Positions 47,601 through 60,134 of a DNA stretch of 64,000 nucleotides are shown here, in pieces (the first letter of the stretch is position 1; every line of letters starts with the position of its first letter). The DNA is from Plasmodiophora brassicae (taxonomy: Eukaryota). The position numbers and the translations under genes were made by a program. The stretch lies in assembly GCA_036867785.1 (NCBI GenBank), contig CP145427.1, positions 558,001 to 622,000 on the forward strand. The letters run 5' to 3'. Under the pieces are notes generated by a model that did not search any database, had not been told where the DNA came from, and was given only the letters and a program-made list of their open reading frames with translations.

Positions 47601-50600
47601 AGGACGTCCAGCGGCGCGTAGAAGAACGTGTTCTGGTGCGCCATCACCGTCAGCGTCCCTAGATCACGTGGCGCGTCGGGTCAGACGCAGACGCAGGCGG
47701 GGGAGGGGCCGAGTCGCCGGCAGCGCACCATGGGTGACGTTGAACGTCAATCGCCACAGCTGGGCGTCGTCGGCCGGGTCGTGGTCCGCGTCGACGATCG
47801 ACGTGATCAGGGCGCCAGGCGCCAGCATGACGGGGACGTCCTCGTCGACGACGGCGACCGTCGAGCAGTTCAACGTGAGGACGGGCGCGTCCGGCGCCGG
47901 GCTGACGACGCACGGGTACGTGTCCCGGAACCAGGTGATCCCATCCTGCGGCAGCGTTCGTCAGCCACCCTCTTCGCCAGGCCGATCGGAGACACACCCA
48001 CCGAGACGCTGACGCTGAACGACGCCGTGACGCCGTTCCAGTTCGCGATCGGCTGGATCGTGACGTTGGACAGGGCGGCGCTGACCGCTGCGAACGACCC
48101 CGACACGAACGTGGACCGCGACGGGAACCAGGCTACGGGTGCGGGCGGGCGGTCAGCGCGCCGGGGCACGTGGGGCGGGCGCACACACGAACGAACCCGA
48201 CAGGTACGGCCCGCCCGAGATGGACGCGTTGAACGTCAGGCCGGCGTTCGAGTCGACGTGGCCGAGCGTGCCGTTGAACGTGAACGGCGCGTCCTCGACC
48301 AGCTGCAGCGGCAACGCGCCCTGCAACGTTAACGTCGGCGGGTGGTCCACGTGGACCACCCGGATCCCGATCGTGATATTCGACCTAACGCGGGCGGCGT
48401 CAGGGGGCACGCAGGGCCTGCCGATGGATAACGAGGGTACCATAGAACACCACCCAGGCCCGTGTTGCCCTGGTCGGACACGTTGACGTAGAGGAAGGCG
48501 GCGCCGAAGAACCCGGTGAACGTCACGCTGAGCAGCGACAGCGCTGCCGAGACGCTGGCGGGCGACCCCGACAATTGCTTGAACGCAGGCTGGTCGATGG
48601 CGACGTACAGGCCCAGGTCCGAGTTCAGCGTCAACGTCGTGCCTGGCGCCCGCCCAACGAATCACTGGTCGGCGAACGAACACGACAAGGCGGTCGTCGG
48701 GCGAACCTGTCTGCGGGTACGTATGCACCTGCGCCGTCATCGACGCCGATATCGTCTCACCGGCGTCCACGTCCGACACGTTGATCGACCTGTACGACGC
48801 CGGGTGAACACGCGAAGGCAGGGCGACCTGGGGACCACACTGCACAGCGTCACGGGCGCGTCCTCGTCGACCGACAGCGCGTACGACGACGCCACGACGA
48901 CAGGCGCGTCGTTGACGGCGGTGACGTCGACCTCGATGCTGGCCTGGAACGCGCCGCCAATGCTGAACGTGACAACGTCCGGGCCGCCGCTCGTCGCCGA
49001 GTTCCAGTTCGCCGACGGGACGTACGCTGACGACGGGCGCAGGTGAGCAGCGAGATCGTCCAGTTGTTCGCCGACGCGCCCCCTTACTGATGTGAAACGT
49101 GAGCGCGGTGGTCGACACGGTGGCGTTGACGACCAGGGTGCTGGACGACGCCTGGGAATGCAGGCGCACGTTCGTCGTCGACGCCTGGACGAGCGTCAGC
49201 GACGCCAGCGCGTTCGTGGCCGAGCAGGATATCAGGGTGGGCGCCGGGGCGGCATTGGCGCTGACGACCGTGACGGACACGTTGACGGGCGTGTCCTCCA
49301 GCGTCGTCAGCGCCGGCGCCCCAGCCACCGTCAGCACGGGCGGGACCACCATCTTCGTCACCGTCATCGACGCCTGCACCGTATACCCTCCTATGAGGTC
49401 TGACACGCCGTCAAACGATAACCGGGGGAGCGCGACGCCGATCAGAGGCTCCCGCGTACCGGCGACGGTGACGTTGATCAGGTCGGCGCTGGCGGTCACC
49501 GCGCTGGCGTTGTACATGATCGTGCCGCTCCGCAACGCGTTCGTGATTCGAGACAGCGGGCCGCTGACCTGGACGCTGTGCGACGTCGCCCTGGACGAAC
49601 GACGAACGCACGACGCACAGTCAGAACGGGATCTCGACATGCAGAGCGGGGCCAGCGCGATGCACACCCGTCGTTGTGGAGCCCAGCGGACGTCAGGCCG
49701 GCAGAGGTGTACACGAACGACCCGTCCCTGGCCAGCAACGTCAACGAGTGGAACGCGGCGTCCGATTCGCCCGCATCTGCCACAGCACAACCGCCCTCAG
49801 CCGATATCGACGGGTAGGACAGGAGACACCCCACCTGGGTCGGTGATGTTGATGGCGTCGCCCAGGTTGGCCGGCGCCCCGTACGACGCCTGCAACACCG
49901 CGCGGGTCGACAGGGCGGGTGGGTCGCCGACAGCGCCGACAATGACGCTCGACTGGCACAGCGTCGCCACGCCGTCGTACGAGACATTGTACGTGATCGT
50001 GTCCGGGCCACAGCAGAGCCAGTTCGTGTCCGGGTTGCCCCTGAGTCGTCGTCACCCCCCAATCGGTCACATGCGCTACGACGCCGAACGCGCCCCCCTA
50101 CTTGTACTGCAGGGCCGCCGCGCCCAGCGCCTGGTTCAACAGCGAGTAGGCGCCCACCATCTGGAGCGACGCCGTCCCGTTGCCGAACACGCTAACCTGC
50201 CCGGGGCCGTTAGCGCATCGTGTACGCGGCCAGGGCCAGAACCGTGGCCCCCCTACCCCGGCCAGGTGCATCGTCGTGCGGATCACGCCCTGCCCGGCCG
50301 TGGCCGTCAGCGTCATGGTGCGGTTCGCGGCGGGGAGGTCGTCGATGGTCACGCTGCCGACGGCGCCCCAGGTGTCCTCCGTGGCAACGAACGCGGCGGC
50401 GCAGGCCAGGTCGGCGCCCGTCGCCACGTACCGCACGACGATCGGCACGGTGACCGGGCCCGCCGTCGTCCACGTGTCGTTCACCGTCACCGACAGCGAC
50501 GCGTTGCCGAAGAAGAAGCGCGACGGCGTGAACGTCATCCCGGACATGGCCGCGTTCAGCGCCGCCTAGGCAAACGATCGTCAGCGCGCGCCGCTCGTGC

Positions 50601-52879
50601 ACGACGACGCCGGCAACGCACCTGGTGCCCTTGGACGACCGTCGTCGTGTCCTGCAACCCGGTCCCGGTCAGGAACGTCAGGCCCGCCCGGGTCGAGAGC
50701 GTCAGCGACCCCTGCGTGACCTGAACGCGGACGGCGCTCAGGTCCACGACGCGCACCCGCTCGACCACCACCAGGTCGCCCCTACCATCAGGCGCAGGCG
50801 CAGCACGTTGTCGTCGTCGGCGCTGTAGACGGACACGCTCGCGACGGTCAGGTTGGTGCGCTTCGGCACCGACAGGGCGGGCGGCGTCGTGATCACGGGC
50901 GGGTCGTGCGTCGCCGCGATCTGCAACGGGACGACGACGACGGCGGACGACGCGCCGTGCGGGTCCACCGCCGCGATCGTCGCCGCACAGTCGAACCCGT
51001 TCCGGTACTGGTTCGACGTGAACGCCACCGGCGACAGGGCGGCGACGACGTTGCCGATCGGCCCCGACACGGTCGTCGTCGTCGCGCTCACCGCCGACAC
51101 GTTCACGCCGGCGTGCGTCGCGAGCGTGAAGGTGCCGTCGGGCGACGCCAGCGACACGGTCGTCCGGGTGTCGTCCACGTCGACGACGGACACGTTGAAG
51201 TAGACGGGCGCGCGTTCGGTCCCGTTCAGGGGCGGCGCCGGGCGCATCGACACGACGGGCGCGTCGTTGACGGCGACGACCGTGATCGGGACGGTGACGT
51301 TCGTCCAGGGGCCGCCGGCCAGGTCGCCGGCCGCCACGTGCAACGTGTCGACGCCGGACCAGTCGGCGGCGGGCGTGTACGTCAGCGGGTCGAGCGCCGC
51401 GTTCATCGCCGTCATGTCGGCCTCGAACTGGATCGTCGACGACGTCTGCCGCCGGACGTACAGGCCGGCCGTCGCCCTCAGCGACAACGACCCGTTGCCG
51501 ACCTGAACGACGACCTGGCCGACGACGCCGTTGCCCGACGACTGGGCGACGCTCGCGTCGCTGACCCCGATCGTGACGCGGACGGGCGCGTCCTCATTCG
51601 TCGTCAGGGACGCGGCGACGGTGACGACGGGCGCCTGGTCGACGTACGTGACGTTGACGTCGACGGTCAGCGACCCGGACGCGCCGTGGCCGTCGGTGAC
51701 GGCCAGCGTCACGTGGTCCAGGCCGTCCTGCCATGTGTTCCAGGCGGGCGCCGGCACGTACACCACGTGGGACAGGCGCGCCCGCAGCATCGTCTGGTTG
51801 CCCCAGGCGGTCAGCGCGTGGGCGCCGACCGCGACCGAGTAGTTGAGCGACGCCGGGTCGACGACGCGGAACGACCCGTTGACGGCGCTGGCCGTCAGCG
51901 ACAGGATCTCGCCGGCGCCCGCGTCGACGTCGACGAACGACAGGTTCCCGCCGAGGCGCAGCGTCGTGTCCTGCGCGATCGTGAACGACGTCGCGACGGA
52001 CGACAGGCGGGGCGCCTGGTTGACGGCCGCGACGCTCACGTTGACGATCGACGATGCGGCGCGCGCCGGCCCGACCCCGCCGTTGCCGTTGTCGTCGGCG
52101 GTGACGTTGACGAGCGTGACGCCGAACGTGTCGGGCGGCGGCGTCACCCGGATGGCGCGTACCGCCTGCGCCATGCACGACAGGCCGCACGACAGGACGA
52201 CCTGGGTCGGCGCCTGCGACACGACGGTGGCGCCGACCAGCGCCGCGTCCAGCGCGCCGATCGACAGCGACGCGCCCGCCGTCACCGTCGTCGCCGTCAG
52301 CGTCATGACGCCCCGGTCGGATTCGTCGTAGAAGTCGGCGTCGGCGACGACCACGCCGGACAACAGGACGGGCGCGTTCTCGGTCGTCGCGATCGGCGAC
52401 GACGTGATGGTCGGCGGCTGGTTCGTGGCCCGGCTCAGCGTGACGGTCGTGCTGGCCGACCCGCTGTACGCGCTGGACAGCGTGCTGGTCGTCCAGGCGA
52501 CGACGACGGTCGCGACCAGCGACGTGCCGGCGACGGCCGGCGACACGAGCTCGCCGGACAGGGCCACCGATCGCGACGACGACATCGTGCCCAGGCGGGC
52601 GGGCGCGACCGACAACCACGACGACGTCACGCTGACGTTCACGACGTACGCCGTCCTGCCGTGCAAGGTCAGCGCACGACGGCGCGTGCTGACGCGCGCG
52701 CCCGCGTACGTCGAGACGGTCAGACCGCAGACGAGGCTGACGTTGTAGCCCATGCCGGTCGTTGTCGGCGCCCACGACGACGTCACCGACGACACGGCGA
52801 TGCTGTTCGCGTTGGTGGCGCGCACCACATCGCCGAGCAGTACGACGGCGACGACGACGACGACCGCGCACCGGGCCAT
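44676..52879 (-). CDS. Giant secreted cadherin-like/Ig-like repeat protein, many introns
   Basis: Signal MARCAVVVVVAVVLLGDVVRA; recurring (A)VNDAP, TxEDxP, DVD and YTPxxxWxGxDxL motifs across ~8 kb; may be more than one gene. Confidence 0.75.
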
Positions 52880-53021
52880 GGCGGGGCGTGTGAGCGCGAC
52901 CCACCCCCTCCCACGAACGCGCAGCCATCGCCGGGCAACGGCACCGACCGTGATCGACATGGGGGGCGACGAGCGCGTCTAAACGCGAACGCAGAGGACG
53001 GAACAGGCGTTTGTACATTGG

Positions 53022-54409
53022 TCACGGTGCCCGGGCGGGGGCGGGTTCCACGAGGTCGACGTCGAACGCGTGCACGGGCGTGGCCTTGTCGATGCAGCCC
53101 TGGATCGCCTTCATCCAATCGGCCATGTCGCGCGTGTCCATCGCCTGCAGGAAGTACTGCCGGGTGCGGGTCAGCACCGCGAAGCAGTGCTTGCGGCCGC
53201 TGCTGACGCAGGCGTCGTACAGGGCGGCGCCGCCCAGCGGCAGGAACCCCTCGGGGACGCGTCGCCCGTCCGGCTTCTCCTTGTAGTACAGCAGCGTTGG
53301 CGACGGGCCGCTGCACAGCACGAAGTGTCGCCGGCGCCAGGTCTGCCGAGCGCCGCCCTGCTTCATCATGGACCCGCGCCAGACGCCGTCGTCCGGGTTG
53401 ACGCCCGCGATCGGATCCGCGCCCCCGGCCCTCAGCAGCGGGTCGTTGCCGGCGCCGGCGTAGAACGCGGCCGCCCGTCGCAGCTGTTGGGCCCAGGCGA
53501 ACAGCGCATCCGCGTTCGGCGCCGTCAGCGTGAACGTCCTGTACGGCGTGTCGATCGTGAAGTCCAGGTTCGTCTGGGGGTCGTCGCCGCCGTCCGCCCC
53601 GGGCACGTCGACGACGACCCGGCCGCTGGCCAGGTCGATCTGCCCGCAGGGCAGCGAGTCGCTGGCGCGCTTGAAATACGACAGCATCGGGCCGTGTTGC
53701 ACGAAGAAGCCTGCCACAGTGTCAGCGGACGCGACGTCGGCAAGCGACCAGTGGCGTCCATACGGGTTTGGAATCGGGACTTGTTCTTCGGGCTCTGCTT
53801 CCGCAGGTACCCGAACAGGGGCTCCTCGGGCATGCGGACGGGGGCGGGCCGCTCGACGAACTCCTTGCGAACGTACTTGGCGCGGATCCAGTGCTCGCGG
53901 ACGGCATCGGAGCAGGACGCGTGCCGGGGTCGCACAACGTACGCCGGGACGGCCGCCTCGTACAGCGCGCGCGACCGCGCGTTCCCCATGGACAGCATGA
54001 ACTCGATCAGGCTGGGCGCCCAGCACGTCGTGTCCAGGTCGATCGACCGGACCTTGCTGATGTGCACGCCCAGGTTCCTGTGGATGCCCGCACAGTGGAT
54101 GCAAATACTGTCCAACGGGCGACAACGACGATCAGGACGACGAATGGGTCACGACGCGCGACACGCACAACCGTACAATATTCCCAGGTTGATGGACGTC
54201 CTGCAAACGTGGTGTTAGACGCGACCGGATCAGGACGGTGGGTCGGCGATCCCTAACAGGGCACGTACCAGTTGGGGTTCGGTTCGCCGCAGTCGGCGCA
54301 AAGCGCGTTCTCAGGCAGGGCTGCCGACGGCAGGCACGCATCGTCAGTGACGACGACGACGACGCTTCCGACGACCGGGGGACGTACCTGCAATGTCCTG
54401 CATGGTCAT
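53022..54409 (-). CDS. ArfGAP with two PH domains (ADAP/centaurin-alpha-like)
   Basis: ENALCADC...ICIHCAGIHRNLGVHISKVRSIDLD, WIRAKY, and two PH domains (GYLRKQ; GSMMKQGGARQTWRRRHFVL); start uncertain. Confidence 0.88.
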
Positions 54410-54755
54410 GGCGTCGACCTGCGACCGCGATGATCTGCGGCGGGGCGCTCAGCAGGCGCACGATACGGGGACCTGGAACTGTACCTCCTGCGGGGCCTTT
54501 GCTCCCGTTCGTCGACGTCGTCGTCACCGTCATGCGGTGACGTCATGCTGCGCGCCGACCAAAGGCACGTTCTCCTCGACCGACCTGCGTCGTCGCCGTG
54601 CGAAGGAACGGCGTCACGAAACGGGCGAGCCTATTTTTGTGACAGGGCCGTGCGTCCCCGCGACACCGATTTAGCGCACCCTCTGTGGCGGACTTACCGA
54701 CCGCGCGGTGCTACTTAGTTCTTACTCCACCTGGGACCACCCACACGCGACCATG

Positions 54756-54965
54756 ATCAGCACCTAAAGTCTGCGTCGCGCCATGTCGTCCTGCTCCTGT
54801 ACTCGACGATGGCCGCCACGTCGTACCTTCTCTCGATCTACAAGCAACGCCCCGGATCCGTCCACCGTGTCGTGTGCAATCCAAGAGACGGTTCGCAGTG
54901 GTCGGTGCGGCGATCGTGATGGGCCTGGCCATGTTCCAGCAATCGGGTAGGAGTATTGGCGATCT
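54756..54965 (+). repeat. ~210-bp dispersed direct repeat, partner at 59516-59725
   Basis: CACCTAAAGTCTGC...GATGGGCCTGGCCATGTTCCAGCAATCGGGTAGG shared by both copies. Confidence 0.9.
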
Positions 54966-55142
54966 CGGCCTGCGCAATATGACGCGCGCCGGATTGACGG
55001 GGATCAGGCGCCGGCGTGCCCGCGCTGATGATCGCGTGTGCACGGTAGACTTTATTGAAGCACGCTTAGCAAACGAAGAGGATGTTCGGGCGGGATCGGA
55101 AATCCTTCGGCGCGAAAGCAAGACAGAACCGAGCGCGGAGAC

Positions 55143-57924
55143 TTACAGGACAGACTGCGCCCCGCCGGCCTCGACCTTATTGTCAACCGGATTGCTGGAC
55201 ATGAGTATGGTCTTGTTAGGGAACGCGGTGCGCGACTTCGTGCCAGACGACCCGTTGGCCTGGATCGTGTTCTTTTGGGCTGTGCCCGTCTGCAGGTTCC
55301 ATTTCGTGGCGTCGTTCATCGGGTCGTTTGTCCATATCGCGTACAGGTTCGTCCCGACGATAACGAGCACTGGGACCAGACATGTGAACGCGATGCCGAA
55401 AACACGAACCAGATAAGCGACATTCATGTCAGTCACCACTGACGATATGATGAAGGCCGACGACCCGAACAGGCCCGTATTGTATATGCCGAGTGACGGA
55501 TGAAACATGCGACGGCATCTGAATATCTGTACGTACCGTTGAAGGCGGTGAAGATGTTTCTCGTGCGAATGCAGAGGACTATGCCGATGAGGAGCATGGC
55601 CACCTTGGGGACCAGAGTGATCACGAGCCAGGCGGTGTTGTTCGACGAACGGCAGACGCGGACGTCAACGCCGTGACCGACATTGACGAGAGACATGTGC
55701 AACGGGTCGACGAACTGCCATCCAAGCAGGATGAAGACTTCGATGGCCACACTGATACCAACCGCAACGAACAACTGGTTCGTTGGGACGATCTTCTCGC
55801 TCAGTTTGTTGTTCTCCAGAGCGTGGAAGAGACGTGCGACGCGGTAGGTTTTGGCAAACAGCGCCCCAAACGCTATAGCCCAGCCGATGCAGATCGACCA
55901 GAGTTGCAGGGCGCAGGCAGTGTCGCTGAACGAGTCAGGAATGCCAAGAGCGGGAACCATGGAGAGCCAGACACCAGTCAGTAGAGCAACGATGAAACCG
56001 GCAATCATTAAGTTGACGAAGACGGGGCTGGCGGCCTTCATGATGGGCTGGCGACGTGTCGCGTGAACAGCGACCATCACGCCAATCAGAAACACGATGG
56101 ACAGGATCGAGACTGTCAGGCCTGCTATGGCCGACCCAGCTGAAACAGCATCAACCGTCTCCAGGTCCAGCGTGAAAACAATCTGCAGAGCTGGGCTGTT
56201 CTGCAGGTTGGGCGCCACCGCGATCGCTCGTAGCGTGTACCGTCCGGACACGATCAAGTGGATCGGATCGACGTATAACTGCGAATCCGTCGTTGGTTTC
56301 GACCCATCCAGGGTGAAGTAGATCTTGCTGGATGCCGTTGTACACGACAGGGAGATGGACAGCGCCTTGGTACTGGAAACGCTGGTATCCGGGCCAGTCG
56401 AGGCGGTGGGCGCTGCCGTCAGTCCCAGGAAGACTTCCTGGCGCGCCGCTTCCAGCTCTTTCAGCAACACGGCGTGGTCTTTCGGCGTCGTGTTCAGCCA
56501 CTTGAGGAAGCTGTTGTACGCGACGGTCACCATAGCCGCGTCCGTATCGCGGTCAAAGTACTGACAGACGTAGTCGGCGGCAGCAACCATGGCAGCACCC
56601 TTCCGTTTGAGCGGATCGGTAATGGCAGAGAACGCCAGCTTATTGCTCGGGATGTTGATCCACGACTGATTGACCTGCCGCATCTGGAATGCAGCCGAGG
56701 CCTGCATAGCGATCCAGGCCTCGGCCGCAGGAATATTCCTGGCGTTCGCGCTTACTAACCATCCGTCGGTAGGTGCGTCTTCTCCGACCTTCACCGTTGG
56801 ATCCATGATTGGGAACTGGAAGAAATCAATGCTGCGTAAACGAAAATTCATGTTAGTTCGCTGTCTCATAAAGGGCAATGGGGAAGGACCGACTCGCCAG
56901 CCACACTTTTTGTAGTACGGATCGCCAACGTCGCGCAGGAAGTCACCCATTAAGGTCATGCCTGCCGTTCCTTGGCAGAGCATGATTCTTTGAATGTACC
57001 AGTCCTGAGCGACGTACGTGCTGGCGTGACCAAAGTACCCTTTGTCGAATAGACCTTTGAGCTCTTCGAGCACGTTCACGACTCGAGGATCCGTGAAAGG
57101 GACGTTCCCGCCTAGAAGGGAAATATGAAATTCCGGCCCGTTCGTCCGCATGTTGATGTAGTCGAACCAGCCCTGGACAATACGTGAGTGGATAAGGCCC
57201 GGACCTGAAGCAGCACGAACTCGTACAAATACAGGCCAGTACTTGGAGTTGCCAAGAACCAGCGGTTGGATGTTGGCCTTCTGGAATACGTCGCAGGCGG
57301 CCAGAAAGTCTGCCCACGTGCGTGGCACGGAAAGGCCATGGGCGGCGAACACCGATTTCCGATAGTATATCTGCGGCACACAGAATTGATAACCAATGGT
57401 CGTCTGCCGGGGATTGGACTTACACCCCACTGATACACGTCGGGAGCAAGTACGGGTGTCCGTTGGCACCGGCCACTGACGCTAACAGGCTGGCCGGGAT
57501 TTGCGAGCTAGAGTACAGGTCGTTCTGCGTGTAGACATGGTTCAGGTCGTGGAGCAGGTTCTGGACCATGTATCGGCGTGATGCCTGGCCGCCCGCCATC
57601 CATAAAATCGCTTCCGGACCCTCTTCGACCTGCAGCAGCAGCTCCAGGTCCTTCGTCAACCTAGGTGATGCGATGTCAGCACCTGGTTAGCATTTGTCCG
57701 CCGAGTGTGTACCGTTGGCCATCAGTGAGGGAATAGAACACGTTCCACTCGGGATGGGCGACTGCGAAGGTCTGGCTCTGCCCCGTCGTCTGCGTGATGG
57801 CTGTTGGGTCCCCATTTGTCATGATGTAGAGCGCATTGCTGCTATTCCACAAGCTGTACGCGTCTGCGTCCACCAGCGCCGACAGCACACACAATGCAAC
57901 TGCGGTACGCCCACCATGCACCAT
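55143..57924 (-). CDS. Class C (GABA-B-like) GPCR with an ABC sugar-binding-protein-like ectodomain and an Fn3-associated domain
   Basis: Signal peptide; IYYRKSVF..HGLSVPRTWADFL, GMTLMGDF, DFFQFP, QYFDRD (solute-binding family 1-like); IYFTLDGSKPT; 7TM with IMKAASPVF and FGALFAKTYRVARLF. Confidence 0.85.
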
Positions 57925-58474
57925 AGCTGGTGAGCTCTGGGTGAATGACGGTGGGACGGTCGGAGCTCGGGCGCAGCACTTCCCGACTGGGAGAAACTCG
58001 GCGCATTCGAAGGGTTGTGGGCCAATTCAAACGTCGCCACGTTTCAACGCAGAACCGCCCGTCCCAGCCGCGCATTGTCGTCTCTGTAATCTGGCGTCTG
58101 TCAGACGCAGCAGTACAGGCAACGTGCTTCCTGCTCACATGCATGATATGGATGGACGACGGTGCTCATCTGTGCCCGGAGCGCTCTGAAAAACGGCAGG
58201 GGAAGACGGGGGTTATCGTTGACCAGCAGCTTGACGCGAAGGCTGCCTGTCAGAGGCGACCCCGACTCGCCAGACAGCCGAATGGAGGCCGGAAGTGCCC
58301 GTGTGTCGTGATGCCGTGCGGGCCTGCGCTTGCACGTCCCGGTTCGCCTGAGCCTATATTTGGTGTCCGGAACAGTGACACCCGTCACCCGACCGGAGCA
58401 CCGCCGAGCTTGGAACGATCCCGTGTTACCACGCGCCGCCCTGGCCACAGTGCTGAGACGTGCGCCGTATCGCG

Positions 58475-59760
58475 ATGCTCGAAGTGGCGACGTCCGGCGT
58501 CATCATCGCTGCCCTGGCGATCGCGATGGCAGGCGACGCCCTGGCTGACGAGTCTGGTCCTCACCCGGCAAATGCTCTGCCACCGCGTCTTGTTCGACTC
58601 CGTTCGCCCGCCTCAATCGCACACGCACTGGCACATCGGCTGACGCGCTTGGTTCGTTCCGTATCCTGGAACCGCGTTCTGGCTGTTGCCGTCGTCACGA
58701 GCGCCACCGTCTACGCCATGCACCGTTGCCAACAGGTTCGCGGCTGTGGCGCCCATCGCCCGTACCTGCCCGAGCGGGTCCGGCCGGAGGCAACGCCTGC
58801 CCCTGACGGCGGCGAATGCGCCGGCGAGCAATTACTCGTTGTCTTGAACGACCCGATCCCGCTGCTGTCGACCCGATCCGACATGACCATTGTTGTGAAC
58901 AGGCGGCTCGACGACGTCAACTTTGAACTCGTATGCGAAGCGCTGCTCACCGACGCCATCGAGCGTGACGTGTTTCTCGCTGGGCACAGCGACGACCGCA
59001 ACGCTCGGGGGGTCTGGCAGGGCGAACGCGCCCGAGGTTCGCCCTGTCCGTACCGTGTGCGTTCCATGTGATTAACGCGCCCCCTCCCCCGGCATTCAGG
59101 TCATCGCTACGTGAAACGCCTGGCAGGGAAAGGTCCAAGTCGGTTTGGCGTTGTGCCCGACTGCAGGGCGAACCATTCGTACGCCGACGATCGATGCGTC
59201 CAACAATCATGCTCTTACCTTCCGCAGGTTCGGGTACGTGTCGCAGACGGTGGCGATCTACTCGATCCAGACCCGGATCACGATCGCAATGGTCGGCCTG
59301 GTCCTCGATGTGGATACGCACATCCAGGTCGAGCAGGTGTCGACGCGGACGACATCGGTGACGGTCGGCCTGGCGCCGATGTGGAGACGGGGCAACTCCT
59401 GGCTTGGCGCTGGGAAAGCCAGGATCGAAGGGATGGCCATCAGCGAAGCCCGCCCGTCGCTGGCAACCCTGCCAGACGCTCTACTGGATGCGATCCGGAC
59501 AGGGAGCGTCGCGCCATCGGCACCTAAAGTCTGCATCGCGCCACGTCGTCCTGCTCCTGTACTCGACGATGGCCGCCACGTCGTACCTTCTCCCGATCCA
59601 CAAGAAACGGCCCGGATCCGCCCACCGTGTCGTGTGCAATCCAAGAGACGGCTCGCAGTGATCGGGGCGGCGATCGTGATGGGCCTGGCCATGTTCCAGC
59701 AATCGGGTAGGGATATTGGCGTTCTCCGCTGCGTATTTATAATGAGCCAATCTAATCGCC
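58475..59760 (+). CDS. Hypothetical secreted or membrane protein, gene model uncertain
   Basis: Signal-like MLEVATSGVIIAALAIAMAG and hydrophobic segments across several ORFs. Confidence 0.35.
59516..59725 (+). repeat. ~210-bp direct repeat, partner at 54756-54965
   Basis: High identity to 54756-54965. Confidence 0.9.
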
Positions 59761-60134
59761 TGCGATGGTCAGCGCTGCAGACGTCGACGCCAAGCCGCCC
59801 GTACTTGCCAGACGTGCCTGCGCTGCTTGATTGCCGGATCACTCCCACACTGTCTGGGCGTGTGCCCACCGACGTTCCTGTTCCCCGTAGTGGCGATGAC
59901 GGAAACCTGATCGTGCCCGCAGGCAGCGACAACGAGCGCGCTGGCGCGATTCTATTCACCAACCCCCGTTGTTCCTCCTGTGTGGGTCGTGGCTCCGACG
60001 GTGGTGGCCGCAGCTGACCCATGCACCGATAAACGAGACGTTCCAACGCGAACTGTCGCTGGAGGGTTCACCCGGGTACGGTCCAGATATTGTCCCGCTC
60101 GTCGGATATCACCGTCGGTTGAGAGGTGCATAGC

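Noticed and set aside
49099-53206. Long + strand ORFs opposite the cadherin-like gene
   Set aside because: Antisense shadows with no recognisable motifs
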